A stretch of DNA of 64,000 nt from an uncultured Gemmatimonadaceae bacterium. Its GTDB lineage: Bacteria > Gemmatimonadota > Gemmatimonadetes > Gemmatimonadales > Gemmatimonadaceae. The notes under the pieces were generated by a model that was not told the DNA's origin, made no database searches, and was given only the letters and a program-made list of their open reading frames with translations. Positions 10,871 through 21,359 of the stretch are shown here, piece by piece; position 1 is the stretch's first letter, and each line of letters opens with the position of its first letter. The stretch lies in contig CAWJMB010000002.1 in NCBI GenBank assembly GCA_963843845.1, forward strand, positions 1,440,001 to 1,504,000, read 5' to 3'. A program made the position numbers and the translations under genes.

Positions 10871-12085
10871 ATGCGACCCCACCGCCCATCGCTCCGCGCC
10901 GGCTTCACGATCGCCGAGCTGCTCGTCGCCGCCGTCATCACGGCCGTCGTGTTCGCGATCGCGCTGCCGCTGTTGGGCAGCCAGTCGCGCGCCGTGGCCG
11001 CGACGGCCGGCCGCGTCGACGCGCTGCAGAACGCGCGGTACGCGCAGAACGCCGTGGACCGCGAGCTGCGGATGGTCGGCGTGAACACGTTGACCGGGCA
11101 GCCGATGGTCGTGCAGGCCGGTCCGTACGTGGTGACGTTCAACGCGGACCTCGTCACGCGCGACGAAGACGACGTCTGGTCGATCTACTACGATCCCGAC
11201 GCCGACTCGACCACGACGCTCGCGATGCAGCCGCCGGCCGTGGCGCTCCCCGTCACCGGCTTCTCGTACCCCAGCGTCGCCGCGCTCGACCGCTCCGGCC
11301 TCCCCGGCCGCGCCGAGACGGTGTCGTACTGGGTGAGCGCCGACTCGACGAGCCCGCGGCCCGACGAGTACGTGCTGTTCCGCCGCGTGAACAAGGCGGC
11401 CGCGGTCGCCGTCGTGACCGGGCTGTACATCGCACCGGGGCAGCCGTTCTTCCGCTACCTCTGGGCGCGCGACTCGACCGGCGTCATCGACACGGTGCCG
11501 GCGGCGAAGCTGCCGCTGCGACACACCGTCGGGGTGCACGGCTCGGTCGCCGACACGGGCGAGACGGCGACGCTCGCGGCCGGCGTCGATCGCATCCGCG
11601 CGATCATCGTGCAGGCGTCCGGGCAGTACCGCGACGCGCGACCTGGCGCGCCGCTCGTCCGCCGCGCCACGCGCACGCAGACGACGCTCATCAACATGAC
11701 GATGCTGAACCGTCCGTCGTGCGGTCTCGCGCCGGACCCGGTCGCGGCGACGGCCGCCCTCGTCCTCGTCAACGGCCAGCCGAGCCACGTCCGCATCTCG
11801 TGGACGAAGGCGAGCGACGACGGCGCGGGCGAGCGCGACATCGAGCGCTACCTCATCTACCGCGCGGTGAACGGCGCGGCGTACGGCGAGCCGCTCGAGG
11901 AGCTCCCGTCGGTGAACGGGGCCGTCGCGACCTACTACTGGGACGATCAGGACGTGAAGCGCCCGCCGACCGCGTCGAACCCGATCTCGAACACGTTCGC
12001 GTACGCGATCGTCGTGCAGGACTGTCAGCCGAGTCTCTCCACCCCCGCGACGACGAGCACGCTCGTCGTGCCAGTGATCCCATGA
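10871..12085 (+). CDS. Type IV minor pilin, PilW-like, with extra C-terminal beta (FN3-like) domain
   Basis: RAG|FTIAELLVAAVI, QNARYAQNAVDRELRMVG; C-terminal VRISWT...YLIYR...YAIVVQD. Confidence 0.82.
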   Translation: MRPHRPSLRAGFTIAELLVAAVITAVVFAIALPLLGSQSRAVAATAGRVDALQNARYAQNAVDRELRMVGVNTLTGQPMVVQAGPYVVTFNADLVTRDEDDVWSIYYDPDADSTTTLAMQPPAVALPVTGFSYPSVAALDRSGLPGRAETVSYWVSADSTSPRPDEYVLFRRVNKAAAVAVVTGLYIAPGQPFFRYLWARDSTGVIDTVPAAKLPLRHTVGVHGSVADTGETATLAAGVDRIRAIIVQASGQYRDARPGAPLVRRATRTQTTLINMTMLNRPSCGLAPDPVAATAALVLVNGQPSHVRISWTKASDDGAGERDIERYLIYRAVNGAAYGEPLEELPSVNGAVATYYWDDQDVKRPPTASNPISNTFAYAIVVQDCQPSLSTPATTSTLVVPVIP

Positions 12086-14145
12086 CGCCTCTGTCGCCGA
12101 CCGACGCACGCCTCGTCCGCATCGCGGGCCGCCCGCCCGCGCGCCGCCGGCCCGCGCGCCGCGACCTCCGCCGCGGCGCCGCACTGCTGCTGACGCTGTT
12201 CATGACGGTGTGTCTCGGCGCCGTCGCCGTGTCGGCGATGATGCTCTCGTCGAGCTCGAACCTCGTCACGAAGTACTACGACCGCGAGCGCGACTTCCGC
12301 TACGCGGCGGAGGCGGGGCTCGCGTTAGGCAGGAGCCGACTCGTCAAGGACACGTCGATCCGCCTTCCCGACACCGGCTACGTGAAGCTGCTCGACTCCG
12401 CGACGGTGACCGACGCGCGCGGCGCGGCGCTCCCGCGCACGCGCGTCACGGTGTACGCCGGGCGCTCGGGCAACGTGACCGGACAGTTCGGCGACTTCGT
12501 CACGCTGATCGCGAAGGCGGACGACGGCGGCAGCACACGCTACGTGCGCCGCCTCGAGCTCGTCGGCGAGAACTTCGCGCGCTTCGCGATGTTCACGAAC
12601 ACGTGGCAGGCCGGGCTCTGCTACAGCACCGGCGAGTTCATTCGCGGCATCGGGTGGAGCAACCAGCAGTGGGAGTCGTGCGGCACGCCGACCTACTTCG
12701 ACACGATCGGCGCCGTGACGACGATCACCGGCGGGACACCGGTCGTGGAAGAAGGGGGCGGGGAGCATCCGACGCGGAATCAGAGCCCGATCCCGCTGCC
12801 GACCGTGTCGCGCCTCGCGAACCTGCCGACGTATGCGGCGGCGGCGAACCTCAGCTTCACGCCGACCGCGGGGCGGCTGCTCCGCATGGAGTTCGTCGCG
12901 CTCGACGTGGACGCGAACGGCGACTCGACGGGGGTCGGCGAAGGCTTTCTCCGCGTCTATCGTGCGAACGCCGCCGCGAACGCGGCGAACGCGGTCTGCG
13001 GCTGCCGACATGGGACGTGACCGGCACGACGAAGCCCCCGTCGTGGCGCCGACAGCACCTGCGGCGACTTTCACTACGGCAAGTTCTACCCGATCGTCAC
13101 GCACAAGGCGCAGTGGTTCCGCGACACCGTCGGCCTGCGCGTCAGCGGCGTGTACACGCGCGCGCTTCCGACCGACACCGGGCGTGCGGTCAACCAGCCG
13201 GCCGCCGCCGCCGACACCGCGACCGACGCCGAGCGTGACCGCGTCCTCGGGAGCGTGACGGCGCGCTGCTTCCCCGCGGGCTCTCCCCAACTCGCGCCGG
13301 TGGAGCGCGTCACGACGAACCGCAACAACGGCGGCGTGCGCCAACTGGGCCGCTGCCGACGCTGCAGAAGGGAGGCGACGACACGACGTTCACCGCCACG
13401 GGCCGCTGGGGCGCGTGGGACGCGTGGCCCGACACGACGGCGACGCTCGTCCGCACCTCGACGCACACGCGCACCATGGCGAAGTGGCTGTACCCGCTCA
13501 GCAAGCAGTACAATCGCAACTACAAGGGCGTCGTCTACGTGAACGGCAACGTGCTGCGTGAGCGGCCTGATGCGCACGCGCGTCACGCTCTATTCGGCCG
13601 GCAAGGTCACGTTCGTCGACGATCTCGACGTACGTCGCCGCGCCGAACGCACCGGGGCAGGACTGCTTCGCCGCGAACGCGAACATGCTCGGCATCATCG
13701 CCGTCGACAGCATCATGGTCGACCAGAACGTGATGCACCGCCCGCAGCGCGCGACGCGCGTCGCGACGACGGTGAAGTTCCTGAACGGCACGGGGAAGGA
13801 CTTCCGCCTGCACGGCGTCACGATGTCGCTCGCGCGAACCGTCGGCGTGTACGGCTTCGACACAGGGCCCGTCGATCGCGCCGACGACCGACTGCCTCGG
13901 CGCGTCGTTCTCCGGCGGGTGCATCGCGCAGGTCGGCGGCGTCATCGAACAGGCGATCAGCGCGACGTTCGCCGGGCGCGAACACCGGATTCGCCGAGAA
14001 CCGGCAGGTCGATCAGTGCATGACCATGACGTCGCCGCCGTACTTCCCGACCACCGGCCGCTACTTCAACAACCGCTACTACGAGTTCGATCCGCAGCGG
14101 TTCAACGCCGCGGCGATGTTCCAGTCGTTGCAGTCAGGGACGTGA
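12082..14145 (+). CDS. Large PilX/GspK-like minor pilin (frameshifted in assembly)
   Basis: RRG|AALLL lacking Glu5, YAAEAGL; continues through fragments 13150, 13476, 13685 and 13558 to the stop at 14145. Confidence 0.72.
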
Positions 14146-14162
14146 CGACGCGTCCCGGCAGA

Positions 14163-14773
14163 TCAGATCAGCCGCTCCTGCAGATCCGCCGCCTTCAGCA
14201 CCTGGTGACACGCGCGGCACCGTGCCTCGTACGCGTCGGCCGCACCGACCATGATCGTCGGTGAGTCGTAGGGCGCGGGGCGCCCTTCGATGAGCCGCTG
14301 GTTGCGGCTCGCCGGCGCCCCGCACAGCACGCAGATCGCGTGCAGCTTGTCACCGACTCGGCCACCGCCATGAGCTGCGGCATCGCGCCGAACGGCTCGC
14401 CGCGGAAGTCCGTGTCCGTACCGGCGAGGATCACCCGCCGCCCGCGCTCGGCGAGGGACGTCGCGACGCGCACGATGCCGGCGTCGAGGAACTGCGCCTC
14501 GTCGACGGCGACGACCTGCGCCATCGGGTCGAGACGCAGCAGGAGCTGATCCGACGAGTCCACCGGGACCGCGTCGACCGTGCGCTGATCGTGACTCGAG
14601 ACGGCGTAGACACCCGCGTAGCGCGCGTCGAGATGCGACTTGAACACCTGCACGCGCTTCCGCGCGATGATCGCGCGCCGCACGCGACGGATCAGCTCCT
14701 CGCTCTTGCCGCTGAACATCACGCCGGCGACGACCTCGATCCACCCGCCGGAGCTCTGAAAGCCGTCGCTCAC
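14163..14773 (-). CDS. tdk: Thymidine kinase (one frameshift)
   Basis: [24 protein letters not shown], zinc sites CVLC and YEARCRACH. Confidence 0.95.
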
Positions 14774-14779
14774 GACGCG

Positions 14780-16819
14780 CTACTCCTCCGTGTCGCTCGA
14801 CACGCGCCGCGGCGCGTCGTTCCGGTCGTTCCCGCCGGTCGACTCGGCCGAGTCGTCGACGTCGCGCGAGCCCGGCGCGCCGCGGCGCGCGTTGCGCAGC
14901 CGCGCCGCCCGATCGGCCCACTCGCCGCGCTGCTCGGCGCGCTCGCGCACGCCGCGGTCGTCACGCCCCGGACCGCGCGGGCCGTCACGACGTGCGTCGA
15001 ACGCGCGCGGGCCGCGCTCGCCGCGCGGGCCGCCCCGATCCTCGCGCGCTCCGCGATCGCTCCGACCGGCGTCGCGCGGGCCGCTCCGCGTGTCCTTCAT
15101 CCCGCCGGGGCGCGCGCCGGCACCGCGCTCCGGTCCGCGGCGGTCGGATCCGCCGCCGCGCTCAGCGCCGCCGCGCCGTTCGCGCGGTCCGCCACCGCCG
15201 CCGGCGTCGCGCTCCTCGCGCACGACGGCCCGCCGGCCGCGGATCGCGATGCCGTTCACCTTCTCGATGACACGTGCCGCATCGCCGCTCGCCACTTCGA
15301 CGAGCGAGAACGCGTCGCGGATCTCGACGCGGCCGAGCCGCTCGCTCGAGATGCCGGCGCTGTTCGCGATCGCCCCGACGAGGTCGCCCGGACGCACGCC
15401 GTCCTTGCTGCCGACGGTGATGAACAACCGCGTCATCCCGCTCGCGGCGTCGTGGCCGCCGCCACCACTCCCGCCGCGCGCCGGCGGTGCGGCGGGGGTG
15501 AGCGCCTGCACCCCCCGCGCGCGCGCCAGCTCGCGCGTCTGCTCGAGCAGTCTGAGCGCCGCTGCGGCGAGCTGCACGCCGTCGAACTCCGCGAGGAGCG
15601 GCTCGAGCGCGAGCAGTTCGCGATGCGGCACCCCGCCGGTCAGCGCGGCGCGCAGCTCGGCGCGCATCGCGTCGTCGCGCGTCCGCGCGTCCCGCGCCTG
15701 ATCCGGGAGCGCGAGCGGCGTCACCGGCCCGCCGGCGATCTGGCGGAGCGCGTCGAGCTGCCGCGGCTGCGCGAGCGCGACGATCTGCGCAGGGCGTGCG
15801 GCGACCGCGCGGTCGAGCGCGGCGCGGTCGGTCGGCAGATCGTACAACACGAGCAGCGCGACGTTCGCCGAGACGCCGGGCGCCGTGGGGGGAGCCCCGT
15901 CGGGCGCGCCGACCGAGTCGGTCGGGGCGCTGCCGACGCCGGCCGGCGCCGCGTGCGGCGCGTCGCCGCGTACGACGCGCACGTCGGGGCCGAACGACCC
16001 CGCGTCGGGGGCGGCGGCGGCGGAGCTGATGGCGCCGGCGTGATAGCCCAGCGATCGCAGCGTCCGCGCCGCCTCGCGCTCGCTCGCCTCGCTCATCACG
16101 AGCACGGCCGCCGATGGCGGGTCCATCTCGTCGAGCAACCGGCGCAGCGCCGCCGAACGCGCTGCGGGCGCCACGGCGAGGTACGTCATCGCGACCGCGC
16201 CGCCCGGCTGCTGGACGGCGGGCGTGACGCGACGCGGACGACGCAGGTAGCGCTCGATGAGCGCCTCGACGGCGTCGGTCTGCCGCGCGGTGACGAGCAC
16301 GCGCGTCGCGTCCTTCGGAACTTCGGCGAGCACGGCTTCGAGCGCGGCCGACGCGTCCGGCCCCGTCATGTCGTCGGCCCACGCGAGGATCACGGCGCGC
16401 ACGCTGTCGAGCTTGAGCGCCGCCCCGCGCACGAGGGCGGCGAGCGCCTCGGGCGCGCCCGCGACGGCCGCCGGCGCCCCAGCGCGGGCGAGGCGCATCG
16501 CGCGCGCGGCCCCGGTCACCGGCACGAGGAGGGGACGGCCGCCGGCGTCGTCGCGCAGCCCGAGCGCGACATCGGCGACCGCGTGCGCCGTCTCCGCGTC
16601 GGCCGTGAGGACGAGGAGTTGCGTCCCATCGGCCGTGCGGTCGACGCGCTCGAGCGCCGGCGCGAGGAACTGCGGAATCGCGCCCCAGTCGTGGGCGATC
16701 GTGTAGACGACGTTCTGACTCCGGGCCGCGCCTGCGGGCTCACGCGGCTCATCACGCGGCTCATCGCGCGCCTCGGTCGCGCCGGCCGTCAGCTCGGGCG
16801 ACTCGTGTGCTGCTTCCAT
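14780..16819 (-). CDS. DEAD-box (DeaD/CsdA-like) homologue with degenerate ATPase motifs, DbpA RNA-binding domain and RG-rich tail
   Basis: Intact [23 protein letters not shown] (DbpA RBD); core shows VILAWADDM where VLDEADEM is expected and has no GKT. Confidence 0.8.
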   Translation of the reverse strand: MEAAHESPELTAGATEARDEPRDEPREPAGAARSQNVVYTIAHDWGAIPQFLAPALERVDRTADGTQLLVLTADAETAHAVADVALGLRDDAGGRPLLVPVTGAARAMRLARAGAPAAVAGAPEALAALVRGAALKLDSVRAVILAWADDMTGPDASAALEAVLAEVPKDATRVLVTARQTDAVEALIERYLRRPRRVTPAVQQPGGAVAMTYLAVAPAARSAALRRLLDEMDPPSAAVLVMSEASEREAARTLRSLGYHAGAISSAAAAPDAGSFGPDVRVVRGDAPHAAPAGVGSAPTDSVGAPDGAPPTAPGVSANVALLVLYDLPTDRAALDRAVAARPAQIVALAQPRQLDALRQIAGGPVTPLALPDQARDARTRDDAMRAELRAALTGGVPHRELLALEPLLAEFDGVQLAAAALRLLEQTRELARARGVQALTPAAPPARGGSGGGGHDAASGMTRLFITVGSKDGVRPGDLVGAIANSAGISSERLGRVEIRDAFSLVEVASGDAARVIEKVNGIAIRGRRAVVREERDAGGGGGPRERRGGAERGGGSDRRGPERGAGARPGGMKDTRSGPRDAGRSDRGAREDRGGPRGERGPRAFDARRDGPRGPGRDDRGVRERAEQRGEWADRAARLRNARRGAPGSRDVDDSAESTGGNDRNDAPRRVSSDTEE

Positions 16820-17018
16820 GAACTTTCTCTCTCCGCCGGGCCCGCCGGCTCCGCCGCCCTGCACGCGCATCCTGGCGACGCGCGGGACCCGTGATGATGA
16901 CATGTCAAACAATCGATACGACCGTGACGACGCGCGAAGTATAGCGGGGCTCTCGCGGAGTCGGGGATCGCGCGGTAAATCGGGGGCGCCAGCATCTGTC
17001 TCGTGACCGGAGCGGCTC

Positions 17019-17582
17019 GTGCCCGATGAGATGCCCGACGCGATCCCGAACGTGCTCGCCGGTCAGCGACCGCGGCGGCGGCTGACGAGTGTGCGTGTCG
17101 ACGTCGCCGCGCACCACGACGCCGCCGACGCGGTCCGCTTTCGCTGGGACGCCGACACCGAGATCCTCTCGGCGAGCATCGTCGACCGGCGCGGCGGGGG
17201 CAGCGTCGTGACGTGCGTGCAGCTCGAGGGCGCCGACGGCTCGTGGGTCACGCTCGAGCTTCGGGCGGGTCGCCTCTGCGGAGTGGAGATCGCGGTGTGG
17301 CCGCCGGTCACGCTCCGCCCGTGGCTCGTCCCACCGCACGTGGCCGCGCTCGTGCACGCGACGGTGCCGACGGCCGGCGCCCCGTTCGCCGACATGGAGG
17401 TCGACACGACGTTGACCGCCGAGACCGACCGGCTCGAGCGCACCTTCGCCTCCGTGTCGGGACGCCGCGCCGGGCGCGCGCCCTCCGCGTCGGCCGCGAT
17501 ATCTTGGTCGAGGTCGACGAGGCCGACGCAACTCGCCGGCCTCTGGCTGCTCAACGTCCCACCGGCGCCGCTCCACTCGTGA
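17019..17582 (+). CDS. Hypothetical protein, possibly tandem DUF2283-like beta domains (local frameshifts)
   Basis: RWDADTEILS...LELRAGRLCGVEI and a second unit ending ILVEVDE..LAGLWLLNV; stop overlaps the next start. Confidence 0.5.
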   Translation: MPDEMPDAIPNVLAGQRPRRRLTSVRVDVAAHHDAADAVRFRWDADTEILSASIVDRRGGGSVVTCVQLEGADGSWVTLELRAGRLCGVEIAVWPPVTLRPWLVPPHVAALVHATVPTAGAPFADMEVDTTLTAETDRLERTFASVSGRRAGRAPSASAAISWSRSTRPTQLAGLWLLNVPPAPLHS

Positions 17583-17858
17583 TCACGACGATCGTTCTCA
17601 TCAAGGCCGACCCGAAGGCGATCACCCCCGCTGCGACGCGCATCGCCGGGTTCGACGGGGGTGCAGGAGGTCTACTCGGTCTCCGGCGAATGGGACCTCG
17701 TCGCGATCGTCCGCGTCGCCGACTACGAGCAGATCGCCGACGTCGTGACCCACCAGATCGCCGGAGTTCCGGGCGTCGACCGCACGATGACGTTGACGGC
17801 GTTCCGGGCGTACTCGAAGAAGGATCTGGAGCAGGCCTGGGACATCGGCGTGGAATGA
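17579..17858 (+). CDS. Stand-alone Lrp/AsnC ligand-binding (RAM) domain protein (one frameshift)
   Basis: MITTIVLIKA...VQEVYSVSGEWDLVAIVRV...GVDRTMTL; no HTH. Confidence 0.85.
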
Positions 17859-17893
17859 CCGGCCGGGGATCCCCGGCCATTACGTTCTTCGTC

Positions 17894-18895
17894 ATGCAGA
17901 CCCATCCACCCGCCGCCGGCTTCCACACCGTGCAGCGTCGCCTCGCCACCCTACTCGGCGGCGACCAGCTCGCGACAGGGGGGCCGCCACTCGAGGCGAT
18001 GCAGCTCGGCGGCGCGGAGCCGCCCCGACTCAGCGCGGCGCCGGTGATCGAAGGGCACGCGATGCGCGCCCGCACGGTCGACGGCGATCCCGAGGCCGGC
18101 GTCTCGGCGTTTCTCGATGGGACGCAGTCGAGCCGCGTCGCCGGGTACTGCGACGGACTGCCGATCGTGTACGGCTCGGTCGCTGCCGTGATCCGCGAGC
18201 GTCGCAACCGCCGCCACGTGACGTGGGCGCGCGGCCCGATCGTCGAGCGCCGGCTGTATGCGCCGCTCGCCTACCTGCCGAACGGCATCTGCGACGGACT
18301 GCACGACGAGCGTCTCACGGTGATCGACACGACGCAGCCGAACGACGCCGGCGAGCGCCCCGGGCGGCACCCGTTCACGCTGCTCGAGCGCGCCGTGCAC
18401 TTCGTGCAGGCGGACCGCGAGCGCGTCGAGCGCCAGCTCGCCGAGGAGTGGTGCCGTCGCGACGAGGGCGTGCTGTTCGTCGATGGCGGCATCCAGGGCA
18501 GCGAGCGCGTCGCGCAGGCGTCGTGCGTCGTCGGCGTCGTGAAGAGCCACCGGACGCTCTACGTCGATGGCGACGCGCTGCGTGTCGTCCTCGGCCTGCG
18601 CGCCGGCGAGCGCTCGACCGTCTTCCGCATCGCCGCGGCGCGCCGCGCGCCGGTCGCGAGCTGGTACCTGCGGCTCCGCGACCCGAGCGGCCACGACCCG
18701 CTCTGGGGCCTCGTCCGCCTCGAAGCCTCCGACCGCACCGCGGCCGAGTCTCCCGGATCGTTAGGCACGCGCGCGGACCGGCTGTCTCGCTGGATCCTCG
18801 CCGAGGCCGCGCCCGTGGCGTTGCCGGACAGCCGGTGGGACAAGATGGCGTACGGCATACGCGACTGCGAGCAGTTCTTGAGTGCGATCTGTTGA
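17894..18895 (+). CDS. nurA: NurA-family nuclease
   Basis: Acidic motifs AFLDGT and LFVDGG, VGVVKSH, SWYLRL, late Glu; adjacent to herA. Confidence 0.78.
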   Translation: MQTHPPAAGFHTVQRRLATLLGGDQLATGGPPLEAMQLGGAEPPRLSAAPVIEGHAMRARTVDGDPEAGVSAFLDGTQSSRVAGYCDGLPIVYGSVAAVIRERRNRRHVTWARGPIVERRLYAPLAYLPNGICDGLHDERLTVIDTTQPNDAGERPGRHPFTLLERAVHFVQADRERVERQLAEEWCRRDEGVLFVDGGIQGSERVAQASCVVGVVKSHRTLYVDGDALRVVLGLRAGERSTVFRIAAARRAPVASWYLRLRDPSGHDPLWGLVRLEASDRTAAESPGSLGTRADRLSRWILAEAAPVALPDSRWDKMAYGIRDCEQFLSAIC

Positions 18896-18897
18896 AC

Positions 18898-18928
18898 GCT
18901 CGGGGATCGGGGATCGGGGATCGGTTCC
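18898..18928. repeat. Tandem heptamer (CGGGGAT)x3
   Basis: gctcggggatcggggatcggggatcgg directly after the nurA stop. Confidence 0.85.
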
Positions 18929-18949
18929 GCGATTCGATCGGGGGTGATC

Positions 18950-19290
18950 GGCAGTGCAGGCGGGTCAGCGGTCCGGCGACTCGCGTGCCGAGCCGCGGTG
19001 CCAGCGCGATCCGTGCGCGCTCGACATCGGCTGCCCGCGCCGCCGGGCCGAACTGCGATTCGAGGGCTCGCGTGGAAGCGCGCGCCATGCCCACGAAGCG
19101 CCGGCGAACCGCCCGAGTCGGGCGCGAGTGACCCTCCACGATGGTCCGCGATCGTGGCGACGACGGACATGGCCGCGCGCCGACGTCGCGAAGCGAGCGC
19201 GTAGCGCTCGTACGACGGTTTGCTCGCGCGCGACGCCGTCCCCGTCCCGCTCCGGCGCGACGGCGAGTCGTCATACTTCGCGCTCGGTGT
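18950..19290 (-). pseudogene. Degenerate four-helix-bundle protein (23S rRNA IVP/TIGR02436-like)
   Basis: Two frames join as ERYALASRRRRAAMSVVATIA / EGHSRPTRAVRRRFVGMARASTRALESQ, matching the family pattern ERYGLTSQ.RRAA.SI..NIAEG..R....F...ARGS..ELETQ; no clear start. Confidence 0.65.
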
Positions 19291-19355
19291 AGTCTCTGAT
19301 CGACACGACGCACGATCGGCCGGAATCGGCGACCCGTCATCATCCTTCCATCGCA

Positions 19356-21359
19356 ATGCTGGCCGATTCATCTCGCGCCCCAGTCCTCGACCCCCGACCC
19401 CCGGCCGTCGGGCGCGTCGTCGCCACCGAGCGCAAGCCGAACACCGCGTTCGAGTTTCACTTCTGGACCGCGCTCGACGCCAGCGTCGGCATCGGCACGA
19501 TCGTCCGCGTCGACGGGCGGACGCCGATCGAGGGGCAGCTTCCCGTCATCTACGGCGTCGTCACCGAAGGCTTCGCGTACACCGACCTGCAGACGCCGCT
19601 GCACGACGTGCTGGGCCACGACGGTGCGCCGAGTGGCACTGCGTGGACGACGAGCGATCGCGCGGAGATCCGGCTCTACACGGCCGCCGTGCTGCGGCAG
19701 ATCCCCGAGGAGCCGCTACAGCCGGTGCCGATGGGCGACGTGTTCGTCGCGAGCGACGTCGACGTCGAGATCGCGCTGCGCATGGACGGGTATCTCAGAG
19801 AGGGAAGCCGCACGGCGATCCCGATCGGCCTCTACCGCTCCGGCGGCACCGAGAGCCCCGTGTATCTCGACGCCGACTTTCTCGTCGGCCCCGAAGCGGC
19901 GCACCTCAACATCACCGGCGTCTCCGGTCTCGCGACGAAGACGAGCGCCGTCGAGTGGCTGCTCGCGAGCCTGTTCACGCACTTTCCGGCCTCCAAGGGA
20001 GAGATCGCGGCCGTCTGCTTCAACGTGAAAGGGCCCGACCTGCTCTTCCTCGACCAGCCTCCGGCGCCCGGCCGGCTCGACGAGAAAGACGAGGCGATCT
20101 ACGACCGGCTCGGCGTGCCGGCGCGGCCGTTCGACCGCGTGCGCTTCTTCGCACCGTACTCGGCGAAGGGCTTCTCGCTCGCCACGCTCCGCTCCCACGA
20201 CGCGCTGCAGGGCAACGTGTCGCCGCTGACGTGGGGCCTGAAAGAGGTCATGAAGTACGCCGAGGTCCTGCTGAACCGCGACGACCTCGACGCGAAGGCC
20301 GACGCGCTCATCGACTTCATCGGCGATCGCGTGATCGACAAGACCTTCAGCGACACGATGCTGAAGCGGCCGCACACGGTCGGCACGTTCGCCGAGCTCA
20401 ACGACTGGTTCGGCGACCTGCTCCTCGGCATGGAGACGAAAGGGGCGGAGAGCTGGAGGACGCACCACGTCGCGACGATCCGCAAAGTCCGGAACCGACT
20501 CACGAACATCGCGCTCCGCTGTCAGGGGCTCGTCTCCGACGGCAGCGAAGTCTCCGACCTTCCCTTCGGGAGCTTCGAGGACCGAACGGTGTACGTGATC
20601 GACGTCGCGAATCTCGAGGAGGACGCGCAGGACCTCATCTTCGCGCGCGTCGTGTCCAAGCTGCGCGAGCACCTGGAACGGCGCGACCTCGGAGTGAAGC
20701 ACGTCGTCGTGTTCGTCGACGAGTTGAACAAGTACGCGCCGGGGGACGGGCCGGACACGTATGTCCGCAAGATGCTCCTCGACATCGCGGAGCGGGGACG
20801 CTACCTCGGGCTCGTGCTGTTCAGCGCGCAGCAGTTCCGATCACAGGTGCACCGCCGCGTCGTCGGCAACTCCGGCACCTCGCTCTATGGACGGATGGAC
20901 GGCGACGAGCTCGCGACGCCGGGCTACGCGGTGCTCAGCCCGGCGATCAAGACGAAGCTCGCGACGCTCGAGAAAGGGCAGCTCATGATCCGACACCCGC
21001 ACTTCACCCAACCGATCTTCGTCCGCTTCCCGCGCCCCGCCGTCCTGACGGGCCGCGACGGCGTCGAGCGCTTTCCGCAGGTGGAGGAGCTGTCGCTCGA
21101 GGCGAGCGTGACGCGGTGGCTGCGCCAGCTCGACCCGACGATCACCCTCGAGTGGGTGAAGGAGGTCGTCGCGCTCCACGACGAGGACGAAGTGCTCCGG
21201 GCGCGCCACCGCACGATGATGAATCGCCCGAACGACGTGCGCGCCTTCTTCCGCGCCCAGCTCCGTCCCGTCGTCACCTCCGCCACCGTCGTCGCCCCGG
21301 CGTCGCCGGCCGTCGCACGCCTGCGCACCACGCCGGCGGACGATCCGTACGGGTTCTGA
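19356..21359 (+). CDS. herA: HerA-family ATPase/DNA translocase
   Basis: N-terminal HAS-barrel-like region, Walker A variant HLNITGVSGLATKTS, Walker B VVFVDE, IAERGRYLG..LFSAQQ. Confidence 0.88.
   Translation: MLADSSRAPVLDPRPPAVGRVVATERKPNTAFEFHFWTALDASVGIGTIVRVDGRTPIEGQLPVIYGVVTEGFAYTDLQTPLHDVLGHDGAPSGTAWTTSDRAEIRLYTAAVLRQIPEEPLQPVPMGDVFVASDVDVEIALRMDGYLREGSRTAIPIGLYRSGGTESPVYLDADFLVGPEAAHLNITGVSGLATKTSAVEWLLASLFTHFPASKGEIAAVCFNVKGPDLLFLDQPPAPGRLDEKDEAIYDRLGVPARPFDRVRFFAPYSAKGFSLATLRSHDALQGNVSPLTWGLKEVMKYAEVLLNRDDLDAKADALIDFIGDRVIDKTFSDTMLKRPHTVGTFAELNDWFGDLLLGMETKGAESWRTHHVATIRKVRNRLTNIALRCQGLVSDGSEVSDLPFGSFEDRTVYVIDVANLEEDAQDLIFARVVSKLREHLERRDLGVKHVVVFVDELNKYAPGDGPDTYVRKMLLDIAERGRYLGLVLFSAQQFRSQVHRRVVGNSGTSLYGRMDGDELATPGYAVLSPAIKTKLATLEKGQLMIRHPHFTQPIFVRFPRPAVLTGRDGVERFPQVEELSLEASVTRWLRQLDPTITLEWVKEVVALHDEDEVLRARHRTMMNRPNDVRAFFRAQLRPVVTSATVVAPASPAVARLRTTPADDPYGF

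Noticed and set aside
18950..19290. Four-helix-bundle relic as the Avd of a diversity-generating retroelement
   Set aside because: No reverse transcriptase or template/variable repeat pair seen in the window
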